A stretch of DNA of 64,000 bases from Antedon mediterranea (Eukaryota; Animalia; Echinodermata), in contig NC_092676.1 of assembly GCF_964355755.1 (NCBI RefSeq), forward strand, positions 15,952,871 through 16,016,870, read 5' to 3'. Shown piece after piece: positions 23,501 through 38,500 of the stretch. The notes under the pieces are model-generated. The model had not been told where the DNA came from, did not search any database, and saw nothing but the letters and a program-made list of their open reading frames with translations. The translations under genes and the position numbers were made by a program. Within the stretch, counting starts at the first letter, position 1, and each line of letters opens with the position of its first letter.

Positions 23501-26500
23501 TGGTATTTTTATATATTAATAAAATTACTTCTTCTTGTTTATTTTTTTAAAGTTAATGGTAGGGTACAGTATTATTTATTTTTTTTAATGCCAAAAACAA
23601 CATTTTGGTTTCTTGGTAAAATCCAGTAGCGATTTTTAAAGGAGGGTACTTTTTTCCAAAAAAAGAGGGCAAAAGTCATCATTATCTAGGCTAGCTACGA
23701 CTATTTACCATCCTTTTACTAGTGGTCTTATGTCTCTTAAAAAGGGCACTTAATAATACAAGAAAGTGCAGGCTTGTTGTAAAGTTGTGAAGAAAGGCTT
23801 TCAAACGATGCAAATAGAATAAAACTAAATGTGAAAAGATAGATATTTATTTCACTTTAAAAGGGTTAAAAGTTAGTCAGCCTTTTAAACAGAACAATAA
23901 CTAAATCGAAGCCGCATTCACTATAAACTGAATAACTAGGTGACTATGCTATATAAAAATAGCAATACCATTTGTATTTAACAGTAAATCCTCATAATAA
24001 ATAGGAATTACAAATATTCCTTGATAAATGAATACCATAACTTTGTATTCACTCAATTTCACTAAATTGTAAAACCAACATATTTTCTATCCTACTACTA
24101 TTACTATTAGAGCGTGAACTAGGTCACAGTGAAATGAGATGTATAACATATACCTGATTGTATTCTTGCAATTTGATTAGTCAATTCTGCATTAATGTGT
24201 CAATTGGAATTAGCCCTATCTAATGAGAATTCAGTTTGATTGACTTGTTGTGCATGTCATCTATAAAGCCTGGTTTCTATAAAATCGCTACACCGTCGCT
24301 ACAGCGTTTTCATTGAAACCGCTACACGCGCAGATGTCGCCGACGCAATCGGCTTTTAGAATTCCATAGAATCGCTACGCTTGGTCATGTAGCGATTTTA
24401 TGGAAACCAGGCTTTACAGTAAGTTCTACTCCGTATCTAAAGTTGGAGTACTGCCCTTTTTTTAATTGCTTAGCTTCCCGTCCTAGCATTTATCAATGAT
24501 TTACAATGAATAAAGTAGATGTGTTATAAAATAAATAATGTTTTGTATTCGTTGAATGGGGAGAATGGCATTTGTTGAAAAATAAAGCAGTCAATTTTTC
24601 AACTGGAAGTATGGGAGGTAGTATGGGAGATAGAAAGAAGAATGAGAAACATTTCCTAAAAGCCTTAGAAGGTACGTCGCACCCTCCAATATTGTCAAGT
24701 TGAACTTGTCTTTCACACACTTTAATATTCTTATAAACATGCAAGTCTTTCTTCCGACTCCCGTCTAGCCTCTCCCTCATCTTTTCTTCTCCCCACATAT
24801 TTAATACGAACCTCGTAATTGCATCGGTCTACATTTTTTAGTTAAATAAAATACTCACTATCTAGAGAAATAAAAATGACTAGGCCTAGGTCTCATCGCG
24901 CGGTTTTGACTGCGAGTTGACCGCAATCGTCAGTGCAGCAGAGTTAAGTTTTTTGGGTCAAATTGAGACCGAAATTGTGTTGCAGCTAAAAATTGCTCCA
25001 CGGAAACCAGTTTCAGAACGGTTCTTTGCGATCGACCAGAATTAGTTGGGGTATTTGAAACCGTTTTTAAGATCGGTTCTATTTTGTGGAGACCCATTTC
25101 TCCTGGCAAGACAAAACCGTTGAAAAGAACGGTATTAAAAACGGTATTTTCTGCTCAATAGAAAAAGGCCCTTATATAGTATCACAGCTCTGTGTGAAAG
25201 CGGATTTACTGATTTACTGTACAACTTAACTACAATTTAATTTATTAACTAGAATACACTAAATGAGAACTTTTAACTGTTTTCTACATTCAAATTCCAC
25301 TGCTTTCAAAGTTCATTACTAACCTTTTTATCATTGGTATTTAGGCTATCTAGCGAATTTCTCTTACTATCATAATCCTTATCAGAGGACGTCTGGTTAA
25401 CCAGCAGCTCACCAGGCATTGATGAACGACGTCTGTTTGAAAATTTATGAAACCAATCATTATGTTTCCATTGTCTCTCACTTTTTTCTTGAAATATTTT
25501 CAAAGTGCATTCAATATTTAGAGTTTTTCCTTCTTCATCCTGGATGTTAGAAATGACCGGTACAGATTTCCGTCGAGCAAGTAACTTACGATTCATAACG
25601 ATTTGTGTTGAGCAAACATGAATGCTTACCGTTTTTGTCTTCGTGAATGATGTGGACAAAGTTTTTGTTGTTAATGTTGAAAACCCTGAATATTCTATGT
25701 GCTGTGTTGTTCCTGTTATTCGATATGTTCGAAAGTTTCTTCTACTTTTTTCTATTACAGTAAATCATTTTGCAAGTATTTATAGTATAATTCCAAACTA
25801 TTAGCAACTAAATCAAGCAAACAGTACACCATTAGCATTCAAGATGATAAACTGTCTTGCAATAAAAATCATCAACTTATGACATTACCTATCAGAGTTA
25901 GCTGGTGAAATGCACAACTTTCAAAGATATTTCCACAGGTGTTTATTTATTGAAAATACGGTAATGAATACTATATTACAAGATGGTGAAAGTTAACACT
26001 TCAGCTGCATAAATCAATCAATCGATCAACTGTTTATGTAAATCATAAAGTATAATGTTCATGGACTTCTGCCAAAGACAACTTCATCAACAAAAGAATC
26101 CAATAATTAAATTGAGTAAATCCGTAATTCTACAGTGTAAACAAATCTAATCATTATTTTGTATACAGTAAATTCAAAATAATGTTTAGTTTAACATGAT
26201 TCCATGAAGAAATTTGTAATAAATATTTACAAACTGACACATTCAGGTACAGAAAAGGTAAATAAACTGAAACTCACGTCATCATCATCAATATAATGGA
26301 ACAACCCATCACAGCTATGTACTAAATATTCAAATTGTATGTTGAAAGACCAATCAACTAGTATAACCACACCTCTTAATTATTCAGATAATAAGAGGTG
26401 GTTATTGTAAGCTAATAAAATGATTGTGTAATTGAATTCAATGAAATGTACTTTTAACAACAATGAACACTATTTGTCTACAGAAATCCTTTAGCTTATT

Positions 26501-29500
26501 TTTATTTTTGTAGCCAATTGTTCGGATTTTAATCATCCGTGATAAAAAAAAACAACCATGCTTCAGAATAAACTGAGGGTCAAGCACTCCTAACCAAAAT
26601 TGTAATTGTTTTCATTAAAAGCTTTTTTTAAAACGGTACCTTGTGGTATTCACTGCAAAGTACAACATATTCCATTAAAAAAAGCAGTTTTTAAGTTATG
26701 ATGTAAGATTTCAAATAAATCTTATATTAAATGGGAACTCACACTAATTATACATTGCAAGGAACTATGAATACTAATTAACGTATCTTATTAACTAATA
26801 TCATTTTAAATAAATTCTAAAAAATCTCAGGACACTTTTTCAAATTATAAAATGTTATAGCGCCAGACATTAACTTAAAATGTCTTTAAAGCAGCAGACA
26901 CAGAAAAACTTAAAATGTCTTTAGAGTAGGGAAAAACACACTTAAATATAAAATATCTTTAGATTAGATAAGAACACGGAAACATTTAATATGTCTTCAG
27001 AAAAGGGACACAATACATTTAAAATATCTTTTAAGAGCATAAACACGTTTAAAAATAAAATATCATTAGATTAGATATTTAAAATCTCTAGAGTAGGGAC
27101 ACAGACATGTGCCTGTAGAGCAGCGACACAGGACATTTGAAATGTCTAGAGTAGGGACACAGACATGTGCCTGTAGATCAGTGACACAGGACATTTAAAA
27201 TGTCTTTAAGAGTTAGGGACATAGGCATGTGCCTGTAGAGCAGGAACACAGACACATTGAAAATGTCTATTATAATTCTTAGATAATTTCTTAAACATGT
27301 AGGCCTACTGTACACATTTAATACTGCACATGATCAGACTTTAATCATAGCAATTGCCTCATTATGTTGACATTCCAGTGTAAAAAAAATGTGCAACATA
27401 AGGTAAATATTCATATGTACAGTAGCCTGGAAGTCTACTAGCTTTTAATAATGAAATAAAATATGACATTAAACTGTTGAAATATTATAAGATGATGTAT
27501 AGCTAAAAATACCCATGCAAATATACAGTGCATTCAGATTGCCTAAACCATCATTGGAATAAAGTAATAGTTGACAAACTTTATGAAATTTAATCTAATA
27601 ATAAAAGTAAATGACTGGAATTACCAAACAAGTTAATAAGAGAGGTCAGAGAATAATTTCGCCAGTGTACAGTAGCATAGCAAAAAGCTATACAAAACAA
27701 CCTTTTTGCTACACATTTTTAAAATTGTGTAGCAAAAAATACAATACAAAACTATGTTTCTCGACTCGAAAATCAGTTTTATTAGCAATATTGCTAAACA
27801 AAATTTAAAAATGAAATTTCCCCCTGGAGGTTAGAACCGGAACATGAGTCTGGTGTAGGTGCAGCACTGATCACAGGAGCAGATTCAGCATGTTGAAATG
27901 GGGGGGGGGGGGGAGCGGGCACCACAGACCAGGTACACTCGCCACAACCTCCACCATGGGGTAAACCTGTGGTCAGAAATGGTACTCTCGCACATAAAAA
28001 AAAAAGAAGTGATAAATGGCACCTCTAATTGGCTGTACATGTATTGCGCAGAAATCAGATATCAGCAATTGTAATTTGTGTAATCACACAGGTGACGAAA
28101 CATTTTTGTGTGTTTTGTGGGAACCACCGATCGTTTGATTGTTTTGATCATTCTTCAAACAGAGTCAGTGTTTTGCATTCAATGCGTACTGTATAGCCTA
28201 TAGACGCACTCAACAAATTGATAAGTTAAAACATTTACTACAATAAATGCATTAATGCTGTACGCGGTTAAGTAGATATTTATACAAAGTTGTGCGGCTA
28301 TGCCAATCTCCACCCCCTGCCACCCTTTGAATCCGGCCCTGGATTAGTCTAGAGAGACCATGTGCGAGATAAAATGTTCTGCTTATGGGTATTTGCGTCA
28401 AAAACCAGAATCCAAAATCAATCAACCATGAACTCTGCCGATCATCATGGCAAAGCTCAGCTTTGATTGGCTTACAGTGAAATCATGGTTTTTGTAGTCG
28501 ATCTCTCACAGGAATATTCACAAAATTCTAATCTAATAGATTTGAATTATAAATGCCTGATATTGAGAAAATAACGTTTTTTAACACTTTTAATAAATAT
28601 TTCACAGACATGGCATGCTTGGAACTTGGCGTATGAAAACATCACCGGGCAGGCGTTCAAAGGTTTTTTAGTAAACAAACCCTGTACACGCTGATGATAA
28701 TTGATAGACGATATTTTAACAATATATCATTCACATGTTTGATGGTTGGAATGTTTGAAATAATAAATATTAAGGTACTAATAACAATGGACTCAACTCA
28801 ACAACACTATAAAGTAAAAACCCATTTAGTAGGCCAGGCCCAGGCTGATTTTTTACACCGAAAATTTGATGATCATTCTGGAGTTGTCCCTGGAAAACTA
28901 AGTAATTAATCATTCCTTATGAGACAACAAAATGGATAATAATGTTATTACACAATTCCAACCACATACAACTTATATTTATTTTAAGCTGCAACATGGT
29001 CTTTGTTATAACAACTAAAATCGGTCTACTGCCATCTTATATGAACAATTAAATAAAACTCTCTCTGAAAATCTGTGTAAAAATGACCAGTGCTTTATTG
29101 GAAAATCAAATTGATTGATTAAAACACATGAAATAAAACCAGTGTAATGCAACTGATGACTTTATTTGATCATTTTATTTCCTTAAATGATCCAGGGTAA
29201 ATTAAGGTGAGAGCTTTGACCTCTAGATCTAAGTATTACTTATTTATTTATTTGTTCTTTCTTTAAACTGAAATACACTTTCAATACAAATGTACTGATT
29301 TCCAAAGTGGTTCAGTAAACATATTTACAACAAAAATAAAATATAAAAGAAAAACAAAAAGAAAGAAAACAGATATAAAACTATTTACAATTGTGAAGGC
29401 AAAAAGGTTAATACATATATGATTTCTATAGTGAAGATTTAAAAGTTGCCAAAGACATATGGAGTTCTGATTTTATGTTATTTGGTAGAGAATTCCATAA

Positions 29501-32500
29501 TTTAGTTGATCTATAAACAAAAGTTCTTTTACCCTGAGAGTTATTCCATAGCGGAATAGATAAATCATTATTACTTTGGGAGCGAGTGCATTTATTATGG
29601 TTATCTACAGTAAATTGAAATAATATTGTTAAGTATCTTGGAGCTATTTCTTTTAAACATTTAAATAGCATTATAAGAATATTTTCATTCCATTTTTCTG
29701 TAAGTCTACTCCATCCAAGAGTATTTAAGATATCATTAATAGGGGTATACATGTCTACTGATAACAATATTCTACCTATAATCGGTTGATTAAAACCTGA
29801 AGAGAATCTGAAAAACTTATGTTACAATTGGACCAAACACAGCAACAATAATCAAATAATGGAATAATTAAAGCATTTGCTAACATTTTTAAAGTATACA
29901 TAGGAAGATACATCTTAATACGACGAATCACACCGATACGTTTAGCTATTTTACAAGACATTTTGTCAATATGTTCCTTCCAATTTAGTTGAGGATCAAA
30001 CATGACACCTAAATACTTAAAAGAATCAACTCTTTCAATAGTATCATTATTATGAAGTAAAGTTATATTCTTAAATGTTGCCGTTTTCTGATTTGTGCTG
30101 AAAACCATAAGCTTGGTCTTATTAAGATTTAGTGTGAGTTGATTATGATCAAACCATTCTATAATTTTGTTTAGATTGATATTGAGTTGATTCTGAAGTA
30201 TTAAAGGGTCAGATGAACTACATAAGAGTGTTGTATCATCTGCATACATCACACATTTACATGATAAAAATTCAGGAAGTGAATTTACGTATAAAATAAA
30301 TAGTAAAGGTCCCAGTATTGATCCTTGTGGGACACCAATATTAACATTCATAGTTTCAGATTTTGTTGAATTTATACAAACAACTTGAGATCGTCCACTT
30401 AAGTATGATTTAAACCAGTGAAGTGCAATATCATTTAAGCCATATTTCCTTAATTTGGTAAGTAATATTTCATGGTTAACTGTATCAAATGCTTTCTTCA
30501 AGTCAAGAAATAAAGCAGCAGATGAAATACCTTTATCAAAGTTATCTAAAATATAATCAGTAACATCTAAAAGAGTAGTTTCTGTAGAGTGACCTTTTCT
30601 AAAGCCCGATTGGGAGGGATTTATAAGGTTGTTAGTTCTTAAATACAAGTATAATTGATCATGCACAGCACGTTCTAAGAGTTTTGAAAGTATGGGTAAA
30701 ACAGAAATTGGGCGGAAATTATAAGGGTCTGACATATCCCCATCTTTATATACAGGTGTTACCTTAGCTAGTTTCCATTCATCTGGAAATCTAGAACTGA
30801 ACATAGAAAGATTACAAATATATGAGAGTGAGTCACAAATTATCGGAGCAGCTAGTTTAAGAAGTTTGCAATCAAAGTTATCAACACCCATAGCTTTATT
30901 AGTTGACAATTTACATAACTGGTTAAAAATGTAATCAGGGGTAAGAAGATCAAATTCAAATTTGTTACCCGCAAAACAATTTTCTGAAGTGTTACTAGTA
31001 TAATTATTGGAGTTAGTATTATTGGAGTTAGTATTATTGGAGTTAGTAAATTGATTTGCTAAAGAACTTCCAATTGAAGTAAAATGAGCATTGAAAACAT
31101 TGGCTATGTCCTTATCATTGGATGTATAGTTTTTATTATTATCTTTATATACATTATTTATACTGGGTTTAGTTTTAGGTATTAATTTATTTATTGTATT
31201 CCATAATTTCTTGGGATTTTTAGCATTTTCGTTAATAGTATTTGTACAATATTTTCTTTTTAAATTCCTATTTAAATTATTAACTTGATTTCTCAGTTGT
31301 TTCGCTTTGTCCCAATCTACAGGTTCATTAGTTTTGTGAGCTTTCTTATAATAGTAGTCTCTGTCTTTTGTTAATCTTATATAATCAGTGGTTATCCATT
31401 CAGGAAGTGATCCTTTCACTCTCTTTGTCTTTAAAGGGGCATGCCGATTACATAACTCACCAAATAAGTGTTTCCATAGCAACCAGACAGTGTTAACATT
31501 AGAGTAAAGCTTGATTTGATCCCAGTCAATACATTTTAAATCTTCTATAAATTTGTTTTGGTCAAATTTTTTAAAAGAACGAGAGGTTATAAACTTTGGA
31601 GGAATATGTGTTTTTTTAGTTTTTCGAATTAGATATATTAAGGAGTGATCACTTATTCCATGGCTTGATACTCCTGCTGTTGAAATATTACAATTAGTGA
31701 CAAAAATCAAATCTATAATTGTTTTACTAGTGTTAGTTATTCTTGTAAATTCATTAATTAGTTGGTTAAGATTACTATTTTTAGCTATTTTATTAATTTT
31801 TCTTGCGTTAGTATTATTATTTATATCTAAGTTAAAGTCTCCCAAGATCACATCATTATATAATGATGTACTTTGTTGGAACATGTTGTCAAGTTCATTT
31901 AAATATTCAACTTTAGCATTAGGTGGTCTATAAATATTACCTATAAGTAAAGGTTTAGAATATGTTAAATTTTTTTCAATCCAACAAAGAGCTTCAACAT
32001 TTTCAGATCTCAGCTCTTGGATTTCTTTAAAGGCAATACCACTTCTAATATAACATAGAACTCCACCGCCAGCTTGAGTATTTGGTCTATCAAGCCTACA
32101 AATTTTGTATCCGTCTACTAAAATCTCATTGTTATCAATATTGGTGCTTAGCCACGTTTCGGTTATACAAAATATATCATAGTTATATTCATGGAGAAGT
32201 GTTTTGACATTGTCTAATTTGTTTCTAAGTGATTGTATATTTAAGTGGGCAATTTTAAAGCCCTTTTTACTACTTATTTCATAATTAAAATTGTTAAAGT
32301 AATTACAAAAAGGTAGTTCCATTAAAGCGTTTTGTATAAAACAATTGTCGCACCACCAATTATTAAGTCTGATTGAAGGATTAGGAAAACAAGAAAAATC
32401 ATAAGATAATAAACAAATTTGGCAAGTACTGTAGTACACATTAAATTAAGAGTTTGCTTACATTTAGAAGAGCTATTGTTATAATTATATATACTAGTAA

Positions 32501-35500
32501 CAATATTTTTATCAGGTTTAACATTTGCATAATCCTTAGATAATGGAACAGAAGTATTAAAATTGGTTATATTAGTATTTGCACTTTGTACAGCTGTTCC
32601 GGCTTCAACTTCTTCGCCTACTTTTCATTGATCTTTGACATGTTTTGCTTTACAGTATTTCATTTTGTGTCCAAGTTGTTCACAGATATAACAAAACACT
32701 GGTTGACCATGACGGCAATTACTGCTAATATGTCCGGTTTCGCTGCAAAAATGACATCTAGGTGATTTCATTCTTTGCTGTTTCTTGCTGTTCTTCTGAA
32801 GGATTTGGATACTGTTGTTTATACTCTTGATGAGAGTTGATGTGCCACGTTGGTTCAAGTGTAGGCCATGAGATGTGAAGTTAGACCTAGAACTTTCTTT
32901 CAAACCAATGGTATATGAATGATCGATAAAGTATTTTCCGTACATTTGCTTTAATGAATCATTGAGCTTTTCCACTTGCATGTTGTAGTGGGCATTGTCA
33001 AAACGAGGGCATACTGCCGATACATACACATTTCCACCGGAAACTTTTGTCCACAACTCTGTTACAAGGTCAGTAAAGTCATTCTCTAGGCTTGTAAGAT
33101 TAATGTCTGGAACAGCACAATCATTTGTACCTACATGTATTATGACATTTTCGATACCATTAAAATTTACCTCATCCAACTGCTCATAAACTTGCTTAGT
33201 TGTAGCCCCTCTCATTGTTTTGACAGATGTTTGATGGAGGCCTCTAGTTTTAATATGCTTTAGCATTGAGTCTCCGATGATTAAATTCTTGTTGGTATTT
33301 GATGGCTTTTGATAGTAACAGTTTCATTCATGATATCTGTCTTACGTTGTTTAGTTTCATTAGATCTAACCAGCTCACATTTTGCATCGTCTGATTGATC
33401 TTGACAGTTATTTTCACTGGACTCGGTGTCAAGAATTACGAAATGATTTGTTGGTTGTAAAATTGCATCTTGAGTAGTGGTTGGTGCACTAACATTGGCA
33501 ACTACATGTTTTGGTTGAACAAATTCATTGTTTGATTTTTCCTGAAAGCTTCTGAGTTGTATTTCAAGACAGGAGTTTCGTTCGTTCCGCACAGTTCATT
33601 AAAAGCTGATGTCAGCTGTACAAAGTTTGTTTGTACTTTCTTAAGTTCATAAACTTGTTTTTTAAGGTCAGCAATTCTGTCTTCTTGACTCCTGAGTTTT
33701 GATTTCAGTGTAGGTGATTCTTCCCATTGACCAGGGGTTTGAGAGGCAGCATTAACTTGTTTAGTTCCAGTTGAGAAGTCTGTAGAATTTGATTTGGGAG
33801 TAGGGGTAGATGTGACAAAGGAGCTTTTAGATTCCAGAACCTTACATACACGTGCAACTTTGAAGTAGAGTAATTCCTTCTGTAACTTGATGCTTTCATC
33901 GGTAAAGCCATAAAAAGATGGCTGGCAATCACTACTGAGGCTTGTTGTTAGGCTCATGTCTGAGTCATTCATCTTAAACAATTGAATGTAAGGCAAGCAG
34001 GAAGGGCAGATAAACAGTGTTAAAAAGCTTTGTATTGAGGCTTTACCAAGCACACATTGGGCCTAGAATATATTAACTTAAGATGCTAAAAATAATAGTA
34101 ATCACCTTTAAAGTCCACACAGAAGTGTATTATAATAAACTCCATAGCATCAGTAATTGAATATACTTATCAGAAGAAGGGTGAGGGGTTTTTGTCCTAG
34201 GAACATTTCCTTCTAGATGGCTGGAAATCATACATTTCCAGCTATTTGCAGAGGAAACAATAGCCACAAGATATGGATGTAAGATGCTGAAAATAATAGT
34301 AGTGCAATTTGGGAATAGGAACTCAACTATAAAAAAGAGTCACATTTTTGTTTGTCACATAAAGTTTGATAGTGTAGACAGAGCTTTATAGGCTATATAC
34401 AGTAGTATGGCTACTGAATCAGTTGCAGAGTATGGATTCTGTAGAGCCAGTGTGTAGCAATATCATGATTCAGAATACCCAGGGTTGGCTTTTAGGTCCA
34501 GTGAAGGATCAACACTAGGCTACTCTTGATCAGTGGCGTATAGGGGCCAAGAGGTCAGAGAAATTCAACATAAACGGGTAACTCATTAAGTAGCAGCTGT
34601 GTAAGTTTCATTAGGGTACTAGCTTATGCCATGTTGAGGGTGATATTTGACTGGACTATAATACAGTTGAACCTTCTTAAGCAGCCACCTCCCGTTAGCG
34701 ACCACACTTTCAAAAGCCTGTTTGTTCTTCCTATCCTATTAGTGCATTTGTTATCTCCTGTAAGTGACCACCTCTCGAACAATTTGTATTAACTTTTGAC
34801 AACAAAAATACAATTTTGATACTTATTGTGCTTTATATATTAGCTTTATTTCGAAGCAGTTATAAAAACATTTCTGTGAAGAACATTTCTGTGTTTTTTT
34901 AGATGAGATGAAAACTACACATATTTTGACTGACCATTTTCATGATAAAGCTTTTAAAATGTGTCTGAAAATCATAAATAATACTAAACCACCTAATCAT
35001 AAACAATAAAATACAAATAGCTGGAGAATTTAAAGGCCCGTCTCGTTATGAACGTTGAAAAATATCATACATAGTCATAATACGTAATTTTGGCGGAACC
35101 TCCCGTAAGCGGTCACCTCCTGTAAGCGACCACATTTCCTGATCCTGAGGGTGTATATTGAACTTTATATTAATGATATCATGAATGATATTCTGAATGA
35201 TATTCTGAGGGACATCACTTTTTGCCAATCTTAATAATAAAGGGCAGCACACACATTTCTAAATATCACAACCAATCTGAAATTTACTTTTTGCCAATAT
35301 TAAAAATAGAGGGCAGCACACAAATTTCTAAAAATATCACAACCAATTTGAAATTTATATCCTATGATTGTCTTCATCAACTATCGTTTCGAAACTGACC
35401 AATTAATAACAGGCATAATGATGACCAGTAATGATGCTTTCTCAATTTGTTGTGTTCATGAATGAAAGTAATTTTATTTACAGTAATACCAGTGAACTTT

Positions 35501-38500
35501 CACACACAATTATACATTGTGAACAGGTGCAACTAGAATATAAACCCTTTCTACATACCATATTTATTTGAATAAACCTCCCCCCATAAGACATCATTTT
35601 GAATAAACTCCCCTTTGAATAAATGGATGCGGGTGTTTATTTATTTTTCCTTGAATAAACGTCCCGCAAATTGCATATACACAATACTGTTTTACAACAC
35701 ATTTCTATTTGGATTAGAATTTATTGATTGACATGATCTACAATTTACAAAGCAATTTTAACTGTATTTATCACTTCTTAATATTAATTGAGCTGTATTT
35801 TTTAATTTCTACGTGTGTATTTATTTGATTATACATGTTACCATATTACACCCAAAAAATAAACGCCTCCTGAAACTCCTCCCTCCAATAACAATAACGC
35901 CCAAGAGCATTTTATATACTGTAGTTTAAAACTCTATTTTATGATTACTGGTTGTTGGTTCTTGCATAGTACGTCGGCAGAGAATTATAGACTGTACTTC
36001 TATTCAATAAAGTAGCTTAGATCAAAACTAAAGAGATAATCCAATTTAGTGTATGACAGTCATTCCTTGTATCTAATGATTAGGCTTTAGTGAATTGAAA
36101 TAGTTATGACAAGATACATAATTCATAACATAAATTTTCTTTGTTGGCAGCCGATACAGTTTTCTAAAAGTAACTGCTAGTCAAATGGGTCATACCTATC
36201 CTAAAATTTTAGTTTTGCTCATCCAAATCTGGCCCCTGTACTTTTCACAGTCTTCTGCTAATTAAGTAAATCCTTGTTGGTTGGGACATACTTGCATTCT
36301 TGTGGTTTCCACTTAAACAGATTGAACTAGTCTTTAGCTGATGCAGTGAATTTAAGACAGAAACTAAAAATCAAATGAACCAAAACACCAGCTAGGGTAA
36401 CCCTACTATTTCTGAAACATGCACACAAGCTAATGTGTATACTACTAGACCTACAGTTAAGTAACTATGCCAAGACAAACAATAAAAACTATTTATCTAA
36501 CTATATTGATACTTTAAAAGTTTGCATACACTGAGACGTATAAATGACACATTTATTGTTTACCATGTTTTATAGTTTGTACACTATAAATAATATTATC
36601 ACTTAAAGACCCCTTCCCTACAATTTGTGACGTTTTGTAAAAATAATACATATACAGTACTGACTACAAATCATGTACCATAACCCGCGTTTGTCGCGCG
36701 TGTAAAATATGTGTAATTGCCGTGTGCCTGTATTTGCCGTGTGGACCATGACGTCATCACTTTGTAGCTTTTTACTGGTAAAATATGGAACTCCCGGTAC
36801 GACGCCCGCGACAACACACACGTGGGTATCAGTTTGTTTTGTTTCTATTGTTTAGGCCTCTACCATCATATTTAGGTAATCTGAACCCGCCCGTTACTGT
36901 ATGTAACAAAGTTTATTTTTTCTCTATTGTTTAGGCAAACAATAAATAAGAAAGTTTATAGAATTCATGTAAATTGTTTTTCATCGGGGTTTTGTTTAGA
37001 GTTCACGTCGTATTATTTTATATAATGTGAGGCGTACAGTGAGAAGTGTACAACAGGGAGGCTAGAATAGAGAGCTACTGTACCTAAGCCCCCCACAAAA
37101 AAAAACATATTTAGCGATCTTTAATAGGTCAATAAATAGCCTAATAATAGTAAAATTATAAAATGATGTTTCCTTGTATTTTCGTAACCGTAAGCCAAAT
37201 ATTTAAATTAAAATACAGCGCTAGTGTTTTAGGCCAAGTACAGTATTCGCTCAAATAACTGTGACTGTGAATGGGTTTTCCGCCGCTCGGTGTAGAAAGT
37301 ACAATTATTACGTTCTTCTAACACGTTTATTACATGTCTTTTAGTATATTTCTATCTAACATGTCTGCATTGTATACTTGCTTTATACATTCTCTGCTTA
37401 TGAAACGACTTAATAAGTTGCTAAATTGACGTTTAAAGCAGATATTTGTCTGACATCAGCCCATGTTTATAATGAAAACAAAACAAGGTTCCGAAAATGG
37501 TACAGTCCAAAATGAGGTGTGCAATTAAATAATATCAACGTAAACATATGCGCACGGTATCGGGGCTGTAATTATAAGAGAACTGATTTCCCCTGGACGG
37601 GAAATGGTAAAAACTTGTATTTATTCGACCTCGCTTCTCTCTCGCAGCTTCTCGCTCTGGCTGTGTGCGGAGGAGAATCGCTCCAACGTGGTTTCGTGGA
37701 GCGATTAATGGTCCAGTCCGTAACAGGGGTGTACATTAGTTACCGCGCTAAATACATGCATGTCAATACTGGCGTTGTAATACTATATAAATGTTTTCCT
37801 CCCCGACGGGGAATGGTAAAACCTTTGTTATTATTTGGCCTAGCAATTACTGTGTGTACTCAATGGATGAACTCTACAACGTGGTGCGTACAGAAAGTAC
37901 GTCATTCGGCCACCAGCAACGATCGTGTTTTGAAAGATATTGTTGGGTCTTTTCTACCTTGTTTTTTTTAATGAGTTTTCTCAAATACTTAATAAATATG
38001 ACTTAAAAATATATATAAACAAACCCTGAAAGCAAACTAGGCCTAGAATAGTAGTACTGTACTCCGATCCCGGTAGTAGGCCTACTAACTAGGCCTAGTA
38101 TTTTCAATCACAGATTGCATCATGATTCATGGAGGTTTTTACCTCCATGATTGCACTATGATAAATAAATCGATTTTTTATTTCAAATAGGCCTATATTT
38201 TGTTATATAAAATGCTGTTATCCTGTACTGTAATTCCAGTTATTGTCTGTTTGATGATAATAATATATATGAACAAAACATCAACAAATTATAAATACAG
38301 TTCGCTGCAGTTGAATTACTCAATGCAGTAATGCATGAGTGAATATGGACAGTATTGTTAGTACCTAATTACACGCGAGTCACGCGTTTTTCACACCCGT
38401 GTAAAATGTGTGGGCTTGGTATATGATATGTATTCAGTACTGTATATTACTTTAAAAACATTAAACCATGTCATTCCTTGTCTTAAATGTACGTTTTATG

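Larger units (their letters stand above)
29240..34070 (-). mobile_element. Near full-length CR1/L2-group (Crack/Daphne-like) LINE, mildly decayed
   Basis: ORF1 and ORF2 (see below), a 3' UTR with a stem-loop-like segment, and an (AATA)n tail at ~29240-29253. The 5' end is approximate. Confidence 0.92.

Noticed and set aside
24154-24260. AG/GT-bounded minus-strand segment in the RhoGEF intron
   Set aside because: Stops occur in all three frames; at most a non-coding exon.
27874-28341. Possible hAT MITE (caggagcagattca ... tgaatccggccctg)
   Set aside because: The TIRs are degenerate and no TSD could be confirmed.
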